Part shown: positions 1 through 13,244 of the stretch, one piece after another
Position numbering within the stretch: the first letter of the stretch is position 1
Layout of the letters: every line of letters begins with the position of its first letter
Assembly: GCA_964016885.1 (NCBI GenBank)
Contig: OZ024742.1
Coordinates: 357,864,001-357,928,000, forward strand
DNA: 64,000 nt
Direction: 5' to 3'
DNA from: Eledone cirrhosa
Lineage: Eukaryota
Made by a program: the position numbers and the translations under genes
The notes under the pieces: generated by a model
Told to the model about the DNA's origin: nothing
Database searches by the model: none
What the model saw: only the letters and a program-made list of their open reading frames with translations

Positions 1-23
1 AAGCATTGTGGAACAATAAGTAA

Positions 24-305
24 ATATCTTTAATTCGTTTGGAAGCCTCGACAATGCAAATGGGTAAATCTCCGGGTAACAAGGTCCGGTGGTGGAGAGA
101 GAGATGTAAGTGGGTGTACGTTGGGATGCGTGGTGTGTATAATATGTGTGAGATGTGTAGAATGAAGGGAAGAGTATAAAGGATAAAAATAAAATAAAAA
201 TAACAACACAAGAGAGAGTTACCTTGGGAGAGATTTAATAGTCCCTATATATTTCGGATTCACATCCATCAACTGGGGTTTTTTCCGGGGTAGGGGAGAA
301 AAGAT
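24..305 (-). repeat. Inverted copy of the 1280-1560 tail (PLE-type pseudo-LTR inversion)
   Basis: 24-83 is the reverse complement of 1501-1560; near identity continues to about 300/1285. Confidence 0.9.
243..278 (-). ncRNA. Variant minimal type I hammerhead-like motif
   Basis: Minus strand: CCC-CAGUUGA-U-GGAU gtga AUCC-GAAA-UAUA-UA-GGG. Stems are present, but the core is non-canonical (CAGUUGA instead of CUGANGA). Confidence 0.5.
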
Positions 306-306
306 A

Positions 307-831
<525 letters not shown>

Positions 832-1554
832 CAAGGAACCGCTTTTTATCAAACGACTGCAACCGCAAATAAACAACCGATCAGAGAGAAGCGAAATGAA
901 ATGGCTGGTTTAAATTAACAAGTGATGCAACAACACACAACACACGCAAACGAGACAACTACACACACACACGCACACACACACAGTAGCATTCCACCAT
1001 ACGAACATACTACACTGCCAATACAGTTGAACAAGGCAACAACACACACACACACACACACACACTCAAGCGAGACAACTACACACGCACGCACACACAC
1101 AGTAACATTTAACAAACAGGCAGAGAATAGACTGACAGCTAGCGCCATCCTACTCCCTAATTCGGCCGCTGACCTCTGTACGACCGACCCCATTTCACGC
1201 GCACGCGCGCTCTGCCGAATACCTCAGATATTCAAATCAACAAACAGCGAAAGACGCGTTCCGAGTTGTCCGATAGACAACCTTTTCCCCCACCCCGGAA
1301 AAAACCCCAGTTGATGGATGTGAATCCGAAATATATGGGGACTATTAAATCTCTCCCAAGGTAACTCTCTCTTGTGTTGTTATTTTTATTTTTATTTTTA
1401 TCCTTTATACTCTTCCCTTCATTCTACACATCTCACACATATTATACACACCACGCATCCCAACGTACACCCACTTACATCTCTCTCTCCACCACCGGAC
1501 CTTGTTACCCGGAGATTTACCCATTTGCATTGTCGAGGCTTCCAAACGAATTAA

Positions 1555-1560
<6 letters not shown>
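832..1560 (+). mobile_element. Non-coding PLE pseudo-LTR-like module carrying an HHR-like motif at 1305-1340
   Basis: Bounded by (TA)n; its 3' 280 bp is duplicated in inverse at 24-305; the HHR-like motif has UG instead of UA at the cleavage position. Confidence 0.55.
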
Positions 1561-1631
<71 letters not shown>

Positions 1632-1689
1632 TATATATACATACATATATATATATACATACATATATATATATATATATACACATACA

Positions 1690-2150
1690 TGTATACATAT
1701 ATATAAAGAAATATAAAATATATTAAAAATATACATATAACGTCACACACATAGAGATACACAGTGTGCTATACATGTAAGGGCGCGCCCAGTTATGTCT
1801 ACAAAGATGTTGTTACGTTGCGAACATGGATCAAACCACATATGGAATCTTCACGCAAAGACACATAATGGGCGTTCATAGTATTACAGTAAATAGTATG
1901 CGCAGACGGTACATAGAAAATGCGTGCAGAATATATATAAAAAAAAGAAAATACTATGAACGTCCATTATGTGGGTTTGCGTGAAGGTTTCACACGTGGT
2001 TTGATCTATGTTCACAACGTAACAAAATCTTTGTAGACACATACAACTGGGCGCACTCTTTCATGTATAGCACACTGTGGATCTCTATGTGACGTTATAT
2101 GTATATTTTTAATATATTTTATATTTCTTTTATATATATGTATACATGTA
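1690..2150. repeat. Long imperfect inverted repeat (arms about 1690-1885 and 1950-2150)
   Basis: aaagaaatataaaatatattaaaaatatacatataacgtcac...cataatgggcgttcatagtatt is mirrored by aatactatgaacgtccattatg...gtgacgttatatgtatatttttaatatattttatatttcttt. Confidence 0.9.
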
Positions 2151-2204
2151 TACATATAAAATATGTATGTGTATATATATATGTATATATATAAAATGTA
2201 TGTG

Positions 2205-2236
<32 letters not shown>

Positions 2237-2369
2237 TGTATGTATATATATATATGGTTATATTGTTTATATATGTACATCTTTATACAAAATGCATCCT
2301 TTCATGTAAACCCATTGTGTATCTTTATATGACTTTGTGTGTATATCCTATTTGTATATATATATATAA

Positions 2370-4089
2370 GCTTAGGGAAGAAATACCGGCCCTACAAGGA
2401 GGTGTATATAGGGACGACGCCCTGTTTACCGTTAGGAACCATAGCCCCCGTAGGATAGAGAACCTTAACAAACATATACACAGGTTCTTTAAGTCATACG
2501 GCCTATCCGTAACTATGGACCTCAACAACAGGGTTGTCAACTTCCTGGACGTGACCCTGGAGTTGAGTACGGGCTTATACAAGCCATACCATAAGCCTGG
2601 AGAGTGCCTCTCTTATATTAATTATGCCTCCAACCACCCTAAGCAGACTCTCAACTCCATAGTCTATAGTATCTCACATAGAATCTCGAGACTATCCGCC
2701 AATGAGGATATCTTCAACCAAGCGGCAGATTACTACAATAGGGCCCTGATAAGCGCCGGCTTTAACCGAGGAATTTCCTACATCCCTAACCCTAGCTCTA
2801 GAAACCACCCCCCTCATAAAACTAACGTTATAGTAAGCCATACCTATAACCGATCACGCAGCGACCTCGTTAAAGTCGGATATAATAGAAGAGATAACCG
2901 CACCAAAGATCACGTCCTCGGCGACGGTGAATACTGTAGATTACTCAAACTATTCCCCTATTACAAAACCAACAAAGGCGACGGCCTACTACCAACGCCT
3001 TCCAACCAACATCTTCGTGTACATAAACATGGAGGAGGTAGAAAGAGTGCACCCGAGCATAAAGTGAAAGGGGCACCGAACGGGCGACAGCGCATTAACA
3101 CACATAAGAGCGATCACTTAGATGGAACCACCCGTAGCAAAAGTACAAGGACACGTAATCGCCACCGTAACGTCCTATGGTTCCCCCCCCCCTACTCTCG
3201 AAGTGTGGCCTCCAACATACCCCGGATATTCTTCGAAGCCTTAGAGAAGAACTTCCCACCCAACCATAGGTATAGAAAAATTCTTAATAGGAACAATATA
3301 AAAATATCCTTCTCTACTACTCCTAACCTAGCAGACATCGTAGGAACAACGAACCACAGTAAGATCACCAAGACACAGCACCTCGACACAGACGCACCTA
3401 CACCTGACAATAACTATATCGGCCTTAACAACTCCCTGACAGCATCCAATAGTGTTGGCAACGGCATCCGCAGACGCAACTAGAATGACCGCGAAGTGAC
3501 TGGGGAACATGCAGAACATGACGTGCCGAATAACAATCGCACCATCCCGCGTGCTGTGGGTTGTAATTGTGCTAACGACAGCTGCGGTAGCGTAGGTAAC
3601 AACGTAGGCAGCAACAATGATAGCCTTACCGTGGGAAATAGATGGAACCGCGACAGAAATTGCAACTGCCGCGACAGAGGACGCTGCCCCCTTAGAGGAT
3701 ACTGCTTGACTGATAGGGTTATATATAGATGCACTATTACTAGCCACAATAGCGTTAAACATTATATAGGGGCCACCTCCGGCCCGTTCAAAATTAGGTT
3801 TCGAACACATCTCCACTCTTTCACAAATAGAAAACTAAGGCACTCCACTTCGCTCGCGGACTACATCACATCACTAAAGGACTTAAACATCAGTTTCTAC
3901 ACGCACTGGGAGATTGTCGGCAAGGCTGCACCGTACAACTTCAAGAGGAAATGCGATCTTTGCCTCATGGAGCTCTACCACATCATAACTGCACCCCACG
4001 AGCTCATCAACAGCAGAGCTGAAACAGCGATAAGTTGTACACATCGCTTAAAAATATCCTTCTTTAGATGGGTTAAGAATGAAGAGTGA
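2370..4089 (+). pseudogene. Penelope-like element (Neptune type) RT + GIY-YIG polyprotein, 5'-truncated, one in-frame TAG at 3481
   Basis: YRDD RT motif, FLDVTL, YINYASNHP, WFPPPYS, CNCR..CPL.G.C zinc motif, VIYRC...YIGAT..FKIRF..H GIY-YIG, CDLCLME; ORFs 2146 and 3496 share a frame. Confidence 0.93.
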
Positions 4090-4386
4090 AATAGTACACT
4101 TGATCTCCCTGCAACAAGTCTTAACACCCCGGCGGACAGGCGCAGCAAAATAACACACAGAAAACAATCCTTGCATACCAGACCCAGCCTCAGACAAACG
4201 GATGCGGCAAAAAAAAAAAAAAAAAAAATTATCCGGGAAAGACTGCCCTAACACCGACCTGAGTTACCTCCCTTGACCTGCTGCAAAATCAAAACAAGAT
4301 ATTTTTGCGAGCAATGAATCTTGATGTAGTTTTAACCCCCCAAACTCTTTCCGAACTATATAAGGAACACTTGTGATTATTTATGC

Positions 4387-4421
4387 CCTTGAGAAGACCA
4401 ACTGGGCGAAACGTACGTAGG
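4387..4421 (+). ncRNA. Minimal hammerhead ribozyme (U3-A8 variant) in the PLE 3' pseudo-LTR
   Basis: CC-UUGAGAA-GACCA ac UGGGC-GAAA-CGUACG-UA-GG; palindromic stem III; about 300 bp after the PLE stop codon. Confidence 0.7.
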
Positions 4422-4636
4422 TGATATTTTAAATAAACATGTTTTAACGGTCTATTCTCCGATTTTTTACTTTCCCACGTGCTTACGCTCTGCTAACTCT
4501 CTAGCCCACTAAATATTAACACTTCGAATATTTAATACTGCCGGCACTAGTATCGAGCACCTTTGGCATACGCTACTTGGCAAATAACTATATGTATCAC
4601 CTATCCCTCCTTTTTCTCTCTTTCTCGATACGTAAA

Positions 4637-4680
<44 letters not shown>

Positions 4681-4684
<4 letters not shown>

Positions 4685-7600
4685 CTGTGTATTTCTCGTG
4701 TTTTCTATCCTCAGATTCCAATTCTTGCTTCACTACTAGCTATTCTATCCTATTTCCAAAACAAATCCTCCTGTATTCTGTGTATTTTCTCGTATTTTCC
4801 AAAACAAATCTTGTAATTTTTGTTATTGCTTGTTAAATACGAAGTTTTTGTCGTATTTTACTAAACAAATCTTGTATTTTTGTTATCGCTTATGAAATAC
4901 GAGGATCTTACTTAAACCTATTCTTCTCGCTAACAACTCAACCCCCCCCCCACGCACCACCATTATTATTACGTGGACCAATCATAAGCTAGAGGCCTAT
5001 ACTATCGCTTACCTCCTCGCCTTCGATATGACGGATGGAAGGACTACGGAATTCCGGAGAGTTGAAGAGACAAAAATCTGGACGCTCAGCGACAATGCCA
5101 AAGATAAAGACAAATTCACCTCGTGGACGAGAATGCGAGCATTCCTCTTTGTTTCGGCCGCGGATGGCTAACATAACCCCATCTCCCCCCGCTCCCCACC
5201 GCTCCTACCCTCCAAACGCAATCCAAAATTTCAGAGTTGGTACCATGAATGTAGGCACCTTAAAGGGTCGCTCTAACGAGGTTGTAGAAATGCTTGAACG
5301 TAAGGAGGTCGATGTTTGTTGTATTCAAGAGACCAGGTGGAGGGGTGGGTCTGCTAGATTCATTGTGGGCAAGAAACGATGCTATAAGCTTTTCTGGGTG
5401 GGAAATGACAATGGGTTGGGTGGAGTAGGAATCATGGTAGTAGAAAAGTGGGCAGATAAGATAATAGACGTAAATAGAGTGAACGACAGAATAATTAAAA
5501 TAAGACTTGTCCTCAATAGAACTACAGTGACAGTAGTATCTGCGTACGCACCCCAATCCGGACTGCCCGTCACTATAAAAGACAGATTCTATGAGACACT
5601 GATGCTCACTACCTCCCAAATAACCGACAGTGAATATATAATTATTGCAGGCGCCCTAAATGGTCACGTTGGACAACACTGTGACGGCTACGACGAAATC
5701 CATGGAGGCTATGGGTTTGGTACTAGAAATAAGGAAGGCTCCAGAATCCTGGAATTCTGTGACGCAAATAACCTAACTATCTGTAACACTAACTTCAAAA
5801 AACGTGACAATCACCAGATCACCGATAGATCGGGGGAACACACAAGCCAGGTAGATTATATCCTTACCAGAAGACGTGACAGAGTGTCTGTTGTAAACGC
5901 TAAATTCCTCCCCCATGAAGAATGCACCTCCCAACTTAGACTGATAATTAGCGATCTAATAGTCAGGACGAGACGTACTAGAGAACAGAAGAGGACTATC
6001 CTCAGGAGAAAAATATGGAAGCTAAAGGACCCCACAGCCAGAAATAAATTCAAAAGTATACTACTTGATGCTTTCGACAGTAAGGAAGAGCAATTAGAGT
6101 CGTGCAATATAGAGGAGCAGTGGGAATTCCTGAAAGCAAAGCTGCTGATGGCGGCAGACGAAGTCTGTGGCTGGAGCAGGCCTGTTGGCAGGAGGAGAGT
6201 AACATGGTGGTGGAACAGTAAGGTGGAGGTGTCAATTAAGGCCAAAAAGCAGGCTTGGAAAGTATGGCGGGATGGGGGAAGCAGAGAAGACTATCAAGTG
6301 GCCAGGAGGGAAGCTAGGAGACAAGTGTACTTCGCAAGAAGGGAAGCAGAGGAAAGAAAGTTCAAGCATATTCTACAACGCGAGGACCAAAAACGTGAGG
6401 TGTTCAGGATTGCTAGGCAATGTGTCAAGGAAAACCATAATATTGTCGGGGAGAAGTGTGTCCTTAATGATGATGGTGTACTTGCCATCACCGACGCTGA
6501 TAAGAAGGTAACTTGGAAGTGTCACTATGAAAGGCTACTAAATGAGGAGAATAAATGGGAGAAAGACAGTCTCCCCCACATCGACCCAATAGAGGGACCA
6601 GCAGTGTTAGTCGAGGGTAGTATAATAAGGCAATCAAAGATATGAAGACGGGTAAGGCGGCTGGGCCTTTGGAAATAGTTGCTGAGATGCTGAAGGCATC
6701 TGGTATGGTGGGACACACCATGGTCACCCGGATAGTCAACCAAGTCGTACAGAATGGGGTTGTTCCGAAGGACTGGCGTAGCAGCATCATCGTTAACTGT
6801 TATAAGGGTAAAGGAGATGCCCTAGATAGGAGTAACTATAGAGGCATTAAATTAATCGACCAGGTCATGAAGGTCACGGAAAAAGTAATAGCGCAACTAA
6901 TCAGAGAGAGAATTGATCTAGATGAAATGCAGTTCGGGTTTGTGTCAGGCAAAAGTACCACAGACGCTCTTTTCATTGTACGACAACTACAGAAGTACCT
7001 AGCTAAAAGTAAACCCCTATACTTAGCTTTTGTCGACTTGGAGAAAGCCTTCGACAGAGTCCCCCGTTCCATTATCTGGTGGGCTCTTAGAAAACTATGT
7101 GTTGACGAATGGCTTGTGAGAGCTATACAAGCCATGTATAAAGAAACAGTGAGCAAGGTTAGAATTAACAACGAATATAGTGAAGAGTTTAGCGTAAAAG
7201 TTGGTGTCCATCAGGGCTCTGTTCTTAGCCCCCTACTATTTATTATTGCCCTTCAGGCTATAACAGAGGAGTTCAAGACCGGTTGCCCATGGGAACTCCT
7301 ATATGCAGATGACCTAACACTCATAGCTGAATCAATGGCCGAGCTAGAGAAGAAATTCCAAACATGGAAGCACGGCCTAGAATCAAAAGGCCTTAAAATT
7401 AACCTGGCTAAGACTAAAGTTCTAGTTTGTAAGAAAGAAAATAAGGCGGCGGTCCCTTCCGGGAAGTGGCCATGCTCTGTGTGTAGGAAAGGCGTAGGTA
7501 GAAACTCCATTTTATGTCCCAAATGCAAAGTATGGGTGCATAAATGATGTAGTGGGATCACAGGTAAGCTAACTAAGAACATAGATTTTACATGTGGCCG

Positions 7601-8505
7601 GTGCTCTGGTGTAATAAGTAGCAGCAAGTGCCCACAAAATACTAGCTCTTTCAACTGCGCAGAGGGTTCTATAGAAATAGTGGACAGCTTCCGTTACCTG
7701 GATGACAAAATCAGCAGTGGGGGAGGGTGCTCTGAACTAAGGAAAAAATTAGAAATAAGAGGGATCAGATGTTGTTTACTCGAGAGAAGGCTACGTTGGT
7801 ATGGTCACGTGATGCGCATGAAGGACGATAGCTGTATAACAAAGTGCAGGGCAATAAAGATAGACGGTAGCCACGGAATAGGCAGACCCAGAAAAACCTG
7901 GGACGAGCTGATAAATTCCGACCTCACACACTTACACCTCACCAAGACAATGTCACTGGACCAAGACCTTAGGCGGTACTCAGTAATAGAGAAGACCCGC
8001 CTTACCTAAATACAAAGTAAAACCTACTACAGTCAGTAGGCATCTCTAACAAAATACACCCCCGTCCCACCACCCCCACCCCATCCACACCGCCCCTTTC
8101 AATGTAAAGTTATGTTGGTGCTACAACATCCAGGCCAAAACAAATGAGATCGTGTAGGTGTCACGTAAAAAAAAACACACAGTTCACGCTGTAATGTGGC
8201 CGTGTAGGCAACACGGTAAAAACCTCCCAGACCCACACTGTAAATGTGGTTGGTGTTAGGAAGGGCATCCAGCTGTAGAAAACCCGCCAGACAGTCCACG
8301 CTGTAATGTGGCCGTGTAGGCAACACGGTAAAAACCTCCCAGCCCGACACTGTAAATGTGGTTGGTGTTAGGAAGGGCATCCAGCTGTAGAAAACCCGCC
8401 AGATAGTCCTATTCGAGCAAGATAATCACTCTTGCCTCAAGTGGGAAAACCCCCGTCCAAACCCATGCAAGCATGGAACACGGACGTTAAACGATGATGA
8501 TGATG
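4681..8505 (+). mobile_element. RTE-clade LINE, near full length, disabled
   Basis: APE endonuclease (GTMNVGTL, CIQETRW, SAYAPQ, QVDYIL) and RT (QFGF, DLEKAFD, GVHQGSVLSP, LYADD); frameshift at about 6620, stop at 7545, about 250-bp deletion at about 7735; 3' end GGACGTTAAAC(GAT)n. Confidence 0.95.
5035..8009 (+). pseudogene. RTE EN-RT ORF, fragmented
   Basis: ORFs 5035-6645, 6642-7547 and 7680-8009 are collinear with the 25774-28890 protein. Confidence 0.95.
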
Positions 8506-8584
8506 ATATATTAGAAAGTGAGGTTTTTTTTTACTAAATGAAAAATAACCGAGGTGTCCTACACGAGTGAAAATATAAAGAAAA

Positions 8585-8794
8585 AAGATAAAATCGAAAA
8601 TGCAACTGGAGTCTTATTTTAAAAAATATATATATATTTATTTGGTTCCTTTACCGGTTTCGCAGTTCTTCTGCTTTTCAAAAGTAGAGTTGAAATGGAG
8701 CGTCTGTGGCAGAAGAACTGCGAAACCGGTAAAGGAACCAAATAAATATATATATTTTGTTAAAAATAAGACTCCAGTTGCATTTTCAATTTCA

Positions 8795-8800
<6 letters not shown>
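8585..8800. repeat. Fold-back inverted repeat (arms about 8585-8674 and 8709-8800) containing an HHR
   Basis: gaaaatgcaactggagtcttatttt...cgcagttcttctgc versus gcagaagaactgcg...aaaataagactccagttgcattttc. Confidence 0.92.
8649..8684 (-). ncRNA. Minimal type I hammerhead ribozyme (U3-A8 variant)
   Basis: CUU-UUGAAAA-GCAG aagaa CUGC-GAAA-CCGG-UA-AAG; 3-bp stem I and palindromic ACCGGU stem III. Confidence 0.72.
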
Positions 8801-8839
<39 letters not shown>

Positions 8840-8840
8840 G

Positions 8841-8919
<79 letters not shown>

Positions 8920-9752
8920 GTATATATATGTATGTATCTTTTTATGCGTGCATGGGCGTGTATGTGAATATGCGCATGTTTGTAAGAGTGTATATGAGCC
9001 AGTGTGTGTGTGCGTGTGTAAGAGCACCCACTGTAGGGAAAGGACTTCTTTGTGTGTGTATATATATATATGTGTGTTTGCGAGCGAGTGTGTATCTGTG
9101 CCTGTATATATGGATACGTGTGTGTATGTGTGTGTGCATGGGGCATAAAAAGGGGGTGGGGGTGTGTCTATGTATATATCTGTACGTGTTAGTGTGTACG
9201 GGTATATATACATGTATGCGTGTGTGTGTGTGTATTGATGTATATAGGCATGTAGGCATGCGTCTGTGTATGCATATGTTTATAGGTTTATATGTTCTCT
9301 TAAATGTGTGTGTGTATAGCGGGAGTCTATGCGTACGATTGTCGTTATATATGTGATTGTGTGTGTGTGTGAGAGTGCACGCGTGGACGTGTGAACTACC
9401 AAACCCAGCAGTAATTCATTGAAGTGTGGCAGACATGGGACAGCTGATGGTCAGCTGAATGATACCTGTGGTCATAATTATGATGACGTAGACAACCAGC
9501 GGCCAATAACAGGACGCGCAAAGAGGATGAAGTTTTTGATGGTAATACCCCAGTGAAAGAATTTGCTCCGAAATCATTAGACGTGTCTGTCGAACCTGCG
9601 GGTCCAGAATCAGACAGATCCACACAATGATCGGGTCTCGACTGTCCGCCGGCGAAACAATTGAAACACACAATAAATTGAGTTCAGATGCATCACTGAT
9701 TTTTCATTTTATATTATATATATATATATATATTATATATATATGTATATAT

Positions 9753-9816
<64 letters not shown>

Positions 9817-10269
9817 CAGACTATATTCAGAAGAATAGATTGTTTTTATGTTTGTATCCTATCATTAATGTTCTGTTCATAGTGAAGACAATGAACTCTT
9901 ACTAACTTATTTCATTTATCTGTATGTTGTCTCATGGATAGGCACAGTTTGTTACTACAAGAAGTAAAATGTCTATTCATAACAAGAGTTTTATAATATT
10001 ATGATGCTGATGTCAAGACTTCACATAAACCTCGGCTAAATTGGAGGTACATACTATATCTGGACTAATTATTTCATGAATGTGTTAATATGTACCATAT
10101 ATAGAATAGACCTACACTGCATTTAACCGTAGAGTTTTCCTGTTATGTGATCAATGGAACAATCAACCCGCTTGTACAATAACATGAAAGTGATTGAACA
10201 TTCTAGACATATTCTGTGACATGTATAGTCCATCCAAGGGGCTTCCATTTACCATATCACCATTGTTTA

Positions 10270-10560
10270 ATCATCATCACCATTTAACGTCCATTTTCCA
10301 CACTAGCATGTGTAAGACGGGCTGTCCCATTGTGAGAGATCCAGGTCGAAGGACAATGTTTTACTCCCCCAGAACTGCTTTTGGCTCAGTTTCTACAGCT
10401 GGATGCCCTTCCTAACGCCAACCACATTTACATTGTGTGCTGGGTACTTTTTGTCATGACACCTACACAACCGCTTTATAGTGTGGACTAGGTACTTTTT
10501 ATATGGTACCAACACTACCACCTTACTGGGTTAATTATATGCTTTCGTTGTAGTACCAGT
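10270..10560 (-). mobile_element. RTE-tail SINE / RTE 3' UTR fragment
   Basis: tttaacgtccattttcca...ttctacagctggatgcccttcctaacgcc matches the RTE 3' UTR at 8240-8500. Confidence 0.75.
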
Positions 10561-10959
10561 TCTACCACCTTACAGAGAGAACTGAGTGCTTTTTATTGTG
10601 ACATCAGTATGACCAGCTTAGGGGGTAGATTGAAGGTATTTGTCATTGCAGCAGTACGACTGGAGGACTAATAGTTGTTGAAGTATTTTCTGGCCTTGAT
10701 TATATCTGTGAGACATTCTCTGCTACATTAAATATTAATATTCTATTAATAATAAATTCATTTAAAATTTCTTTTTATTTAATTATTTTTTTGTTTATTT
10801 ATTTGTTTATTTGTTTGTTTGTGTATGCATTTATTTATTTATTGCTATTAGCCATTCTGAAGAGATTTGAAAAACAGACAAAATTTTAAATGTTAATGAA
10901 ATCCTATTTCTGAATATTCAATAAATTACTACCATACTACCCACCACTACTACTACTAT

Positions 10960-11005
<46 letters not shown>

Positions 11006-11934
11006 GATGATGACGATTTTCACGTTTGAATGGTGGAACTGTTACAGCACTTTACAATTTGGAGTTCAAATCCCACTGAGATTTACATTGCCTTTCATTC
11101 TTGCAGGTTCAATAACATGTATCACAGCTTTGACACTACAAAGTTGTGGTCAGAAAGGAAAGCATTGTTGGACAGAATTTGCAGACAGAGCCAACCAGAG
11201 GGAAAGAAGATGGTAGGATAACATCTATAACTTCAGTTGATAGCACTTGGGGATCCAGCTAGATTGGTGATGGCTGCTTCTGGAAGGTGTGTCGGAGTAC
11301 TCTGCTTGCATATTCCTCTCAGGAAATAGTGGCCAATGAAACAGACAATGGAGATGTTTCATGCTAGCCCAATATATGTTGGCACAGCCCAGTAGTGAAT
11401 TAGGTTGGCCCTGGTATTTATGGGGCTGCAGTGAGCTTGAACTGGTATGTCTCCTTACATTTTGTTACAGACCCAAAGATGTGTGTAGGATTGGCTCGCT
11501 TTACTAGCAGGGAAAGAGGAAATTAAATGATGATGATGTACTATGTGGACCCAATATATGTTGATACAGAGAAGCAGCCAATTATATTGACCCTTAGGAT
11601 TTTATTGGTCTTATATTTCATAAACCATGGACAGATGAAAAGTAAAGTTGACTGCAACAGCATTTATATTTAGGTTATAAAACACTGGCATAAATATCAG
11701 ACTTCTTGTCCAAAACTTTAACAAGTCTACTAATCTACCAGTCTAGTATTGTCAGAATAGTAGTCAGTAGAATCAGTAGCCTAGAGTTATGTCCCTTTAG
11801 GTTCTGAGTTCAAATGATGCGAAAGTCAACTTCATTTTATCAACTTCCGAAGGATGAAAAGATATGTAGTTGATTAATTAATTAATCCTATCCCTAATTA
11901 ATTGGTTAATCATATCCCTATAAACTTGTAAAAG

Positions 11935-12185
11935 TGTGTGGCCTAGTAGTTGGAGTTTCTAATGTCAGAGGTTTGAATCTTGGCCTGGATAGCACATTGT
12001 GTTCTTGACCAAAACACTTAAATGCACATTGCTCCAATAAACTCAAATATAAATGAGTAACAACAATATCTTGTAATGAACTGGCATCATGTCCAGAGGA
12101 GAATATTGTACCATCAGTCACTTAATGCCAAAGATACCAGGATATGCACTGACCTGTTGAACCTGTTGGTTGGGACAGACTTTAA
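11935..12185 (+). mobile_element. tRNA-derived SINE (CORE-like body), degenerate
   Basis: gtggcctagtagtt A-box-like, ggtttgaat B-box-like, then tgtgttcttgaccaaaacactta. Confidence 0.6.
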
Positions 12186-12199
12186 TTTTTTTTATAAAC

Positions 12200-12570
12200 T
12201 TACCCAGTCCACACTGTAATGTGGTCATGTAGGTGTCACAACAAAATCACCCAGTCCACACTGTAATGTGGTCATGTAGGTGTCACAACAAAACCCCCCA
12301 GTCCACATTGTTCAATGGTCATGTCGATGTCATGACAAAAAAACACCACGCCACACTGTAAAAGTGGCCATGTAGGTGTCACAACAAAAAACACACAGTA
12401 CACACTGTAAATGTAGTTGGTGTTAGCAAGGGCATCTTGTCATAGAAACCAAGCCCAAATAAGTTCTGAATAAACAAGACGTGGTCACCTGACCTGGCTT
12501 GTCTCACAACCGGACAACTCATTTAACGCATGGAAAAATGAACAATAAGCAGTGATGATGATGATGATGT
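12200..12570 (+). mobile_element. RTE 3' UTR fragment with tandemly expanded ~47-bp subrepeat
   Basis: cagtccacactgtaatgtggtcatgtaggtgtcacaacaaaa repeated about 4 times, then tggtgttagcaagggcatc and (GAT)n. Confidence 0.75.
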
Positions 12571-13244
12571 CTTGTAGCACTATTGTTAGAAAATATTATT
12601 AGCATTTACAACTCATCAGAAACCAGATTTTTCATTTTGCTTGTGCTTCTTTCTTAGCTGATGAATTCTAATCTCTCAATGCTATCCCTAATTGCAGTTT
12701 AAACTCATATGATAAACTCTTCTAACACAAGAGTATAAAGAATTTGCAAATGTTGTCAACAGTTTCAACAAAGCAATATTTATGATGTGTCATTTTGATT
12801 GGTTTATCTATTCATTTATATTTTATATAATAAATACAATTAATTATTGCTAGGACCTTCACAAATATAATGCACAAAAATATATGATCAAATCGAGAGA
12901 AAAAGACAACCAAAGAAGAAAAACTACAAAACTACAAACAAACAAAAACAACCATCAATTCCCCAGCCTATAATATGCAGCAATCAGCCACACACCACAA
13001 CAGTCATTGGGTTATTCGTTTTACTTTCATGATATGAAGAATTTATTTTGTATTTCATATGTTTTAAGATAAAATACAAAATTGTATCATTATCATCATA
13101 CTGTTTATTACTGGTACTTTATTTTATCGACCTTACAGGGTCGATAACATAAAGTACCAGTAATACACTGGGTTAATTGCTGGCCTTGTGCCAAAAGTAG
13201 AAACAATTGTCATCATACTGTTTCTACATTGGCATGGGTGTGAT

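Noticed and set aside
9396-9690. GC-richer tract with 85-91-aa ORFs
   Set aside because: No recognisable domain or convincing splice structure
10854-10893. CATT-CTGAAGA-gattt-GAAA...TA-AATG hammerhead-like string
   Set aside because: No stem II; plausible by chance in AT-rich DNA
12200-12410. Regularly spaced repeats superficially like a CRISPR array (also at 32760 and 36560)
   Set aside because: No unique spacers, eukaryotic context, no cas genes
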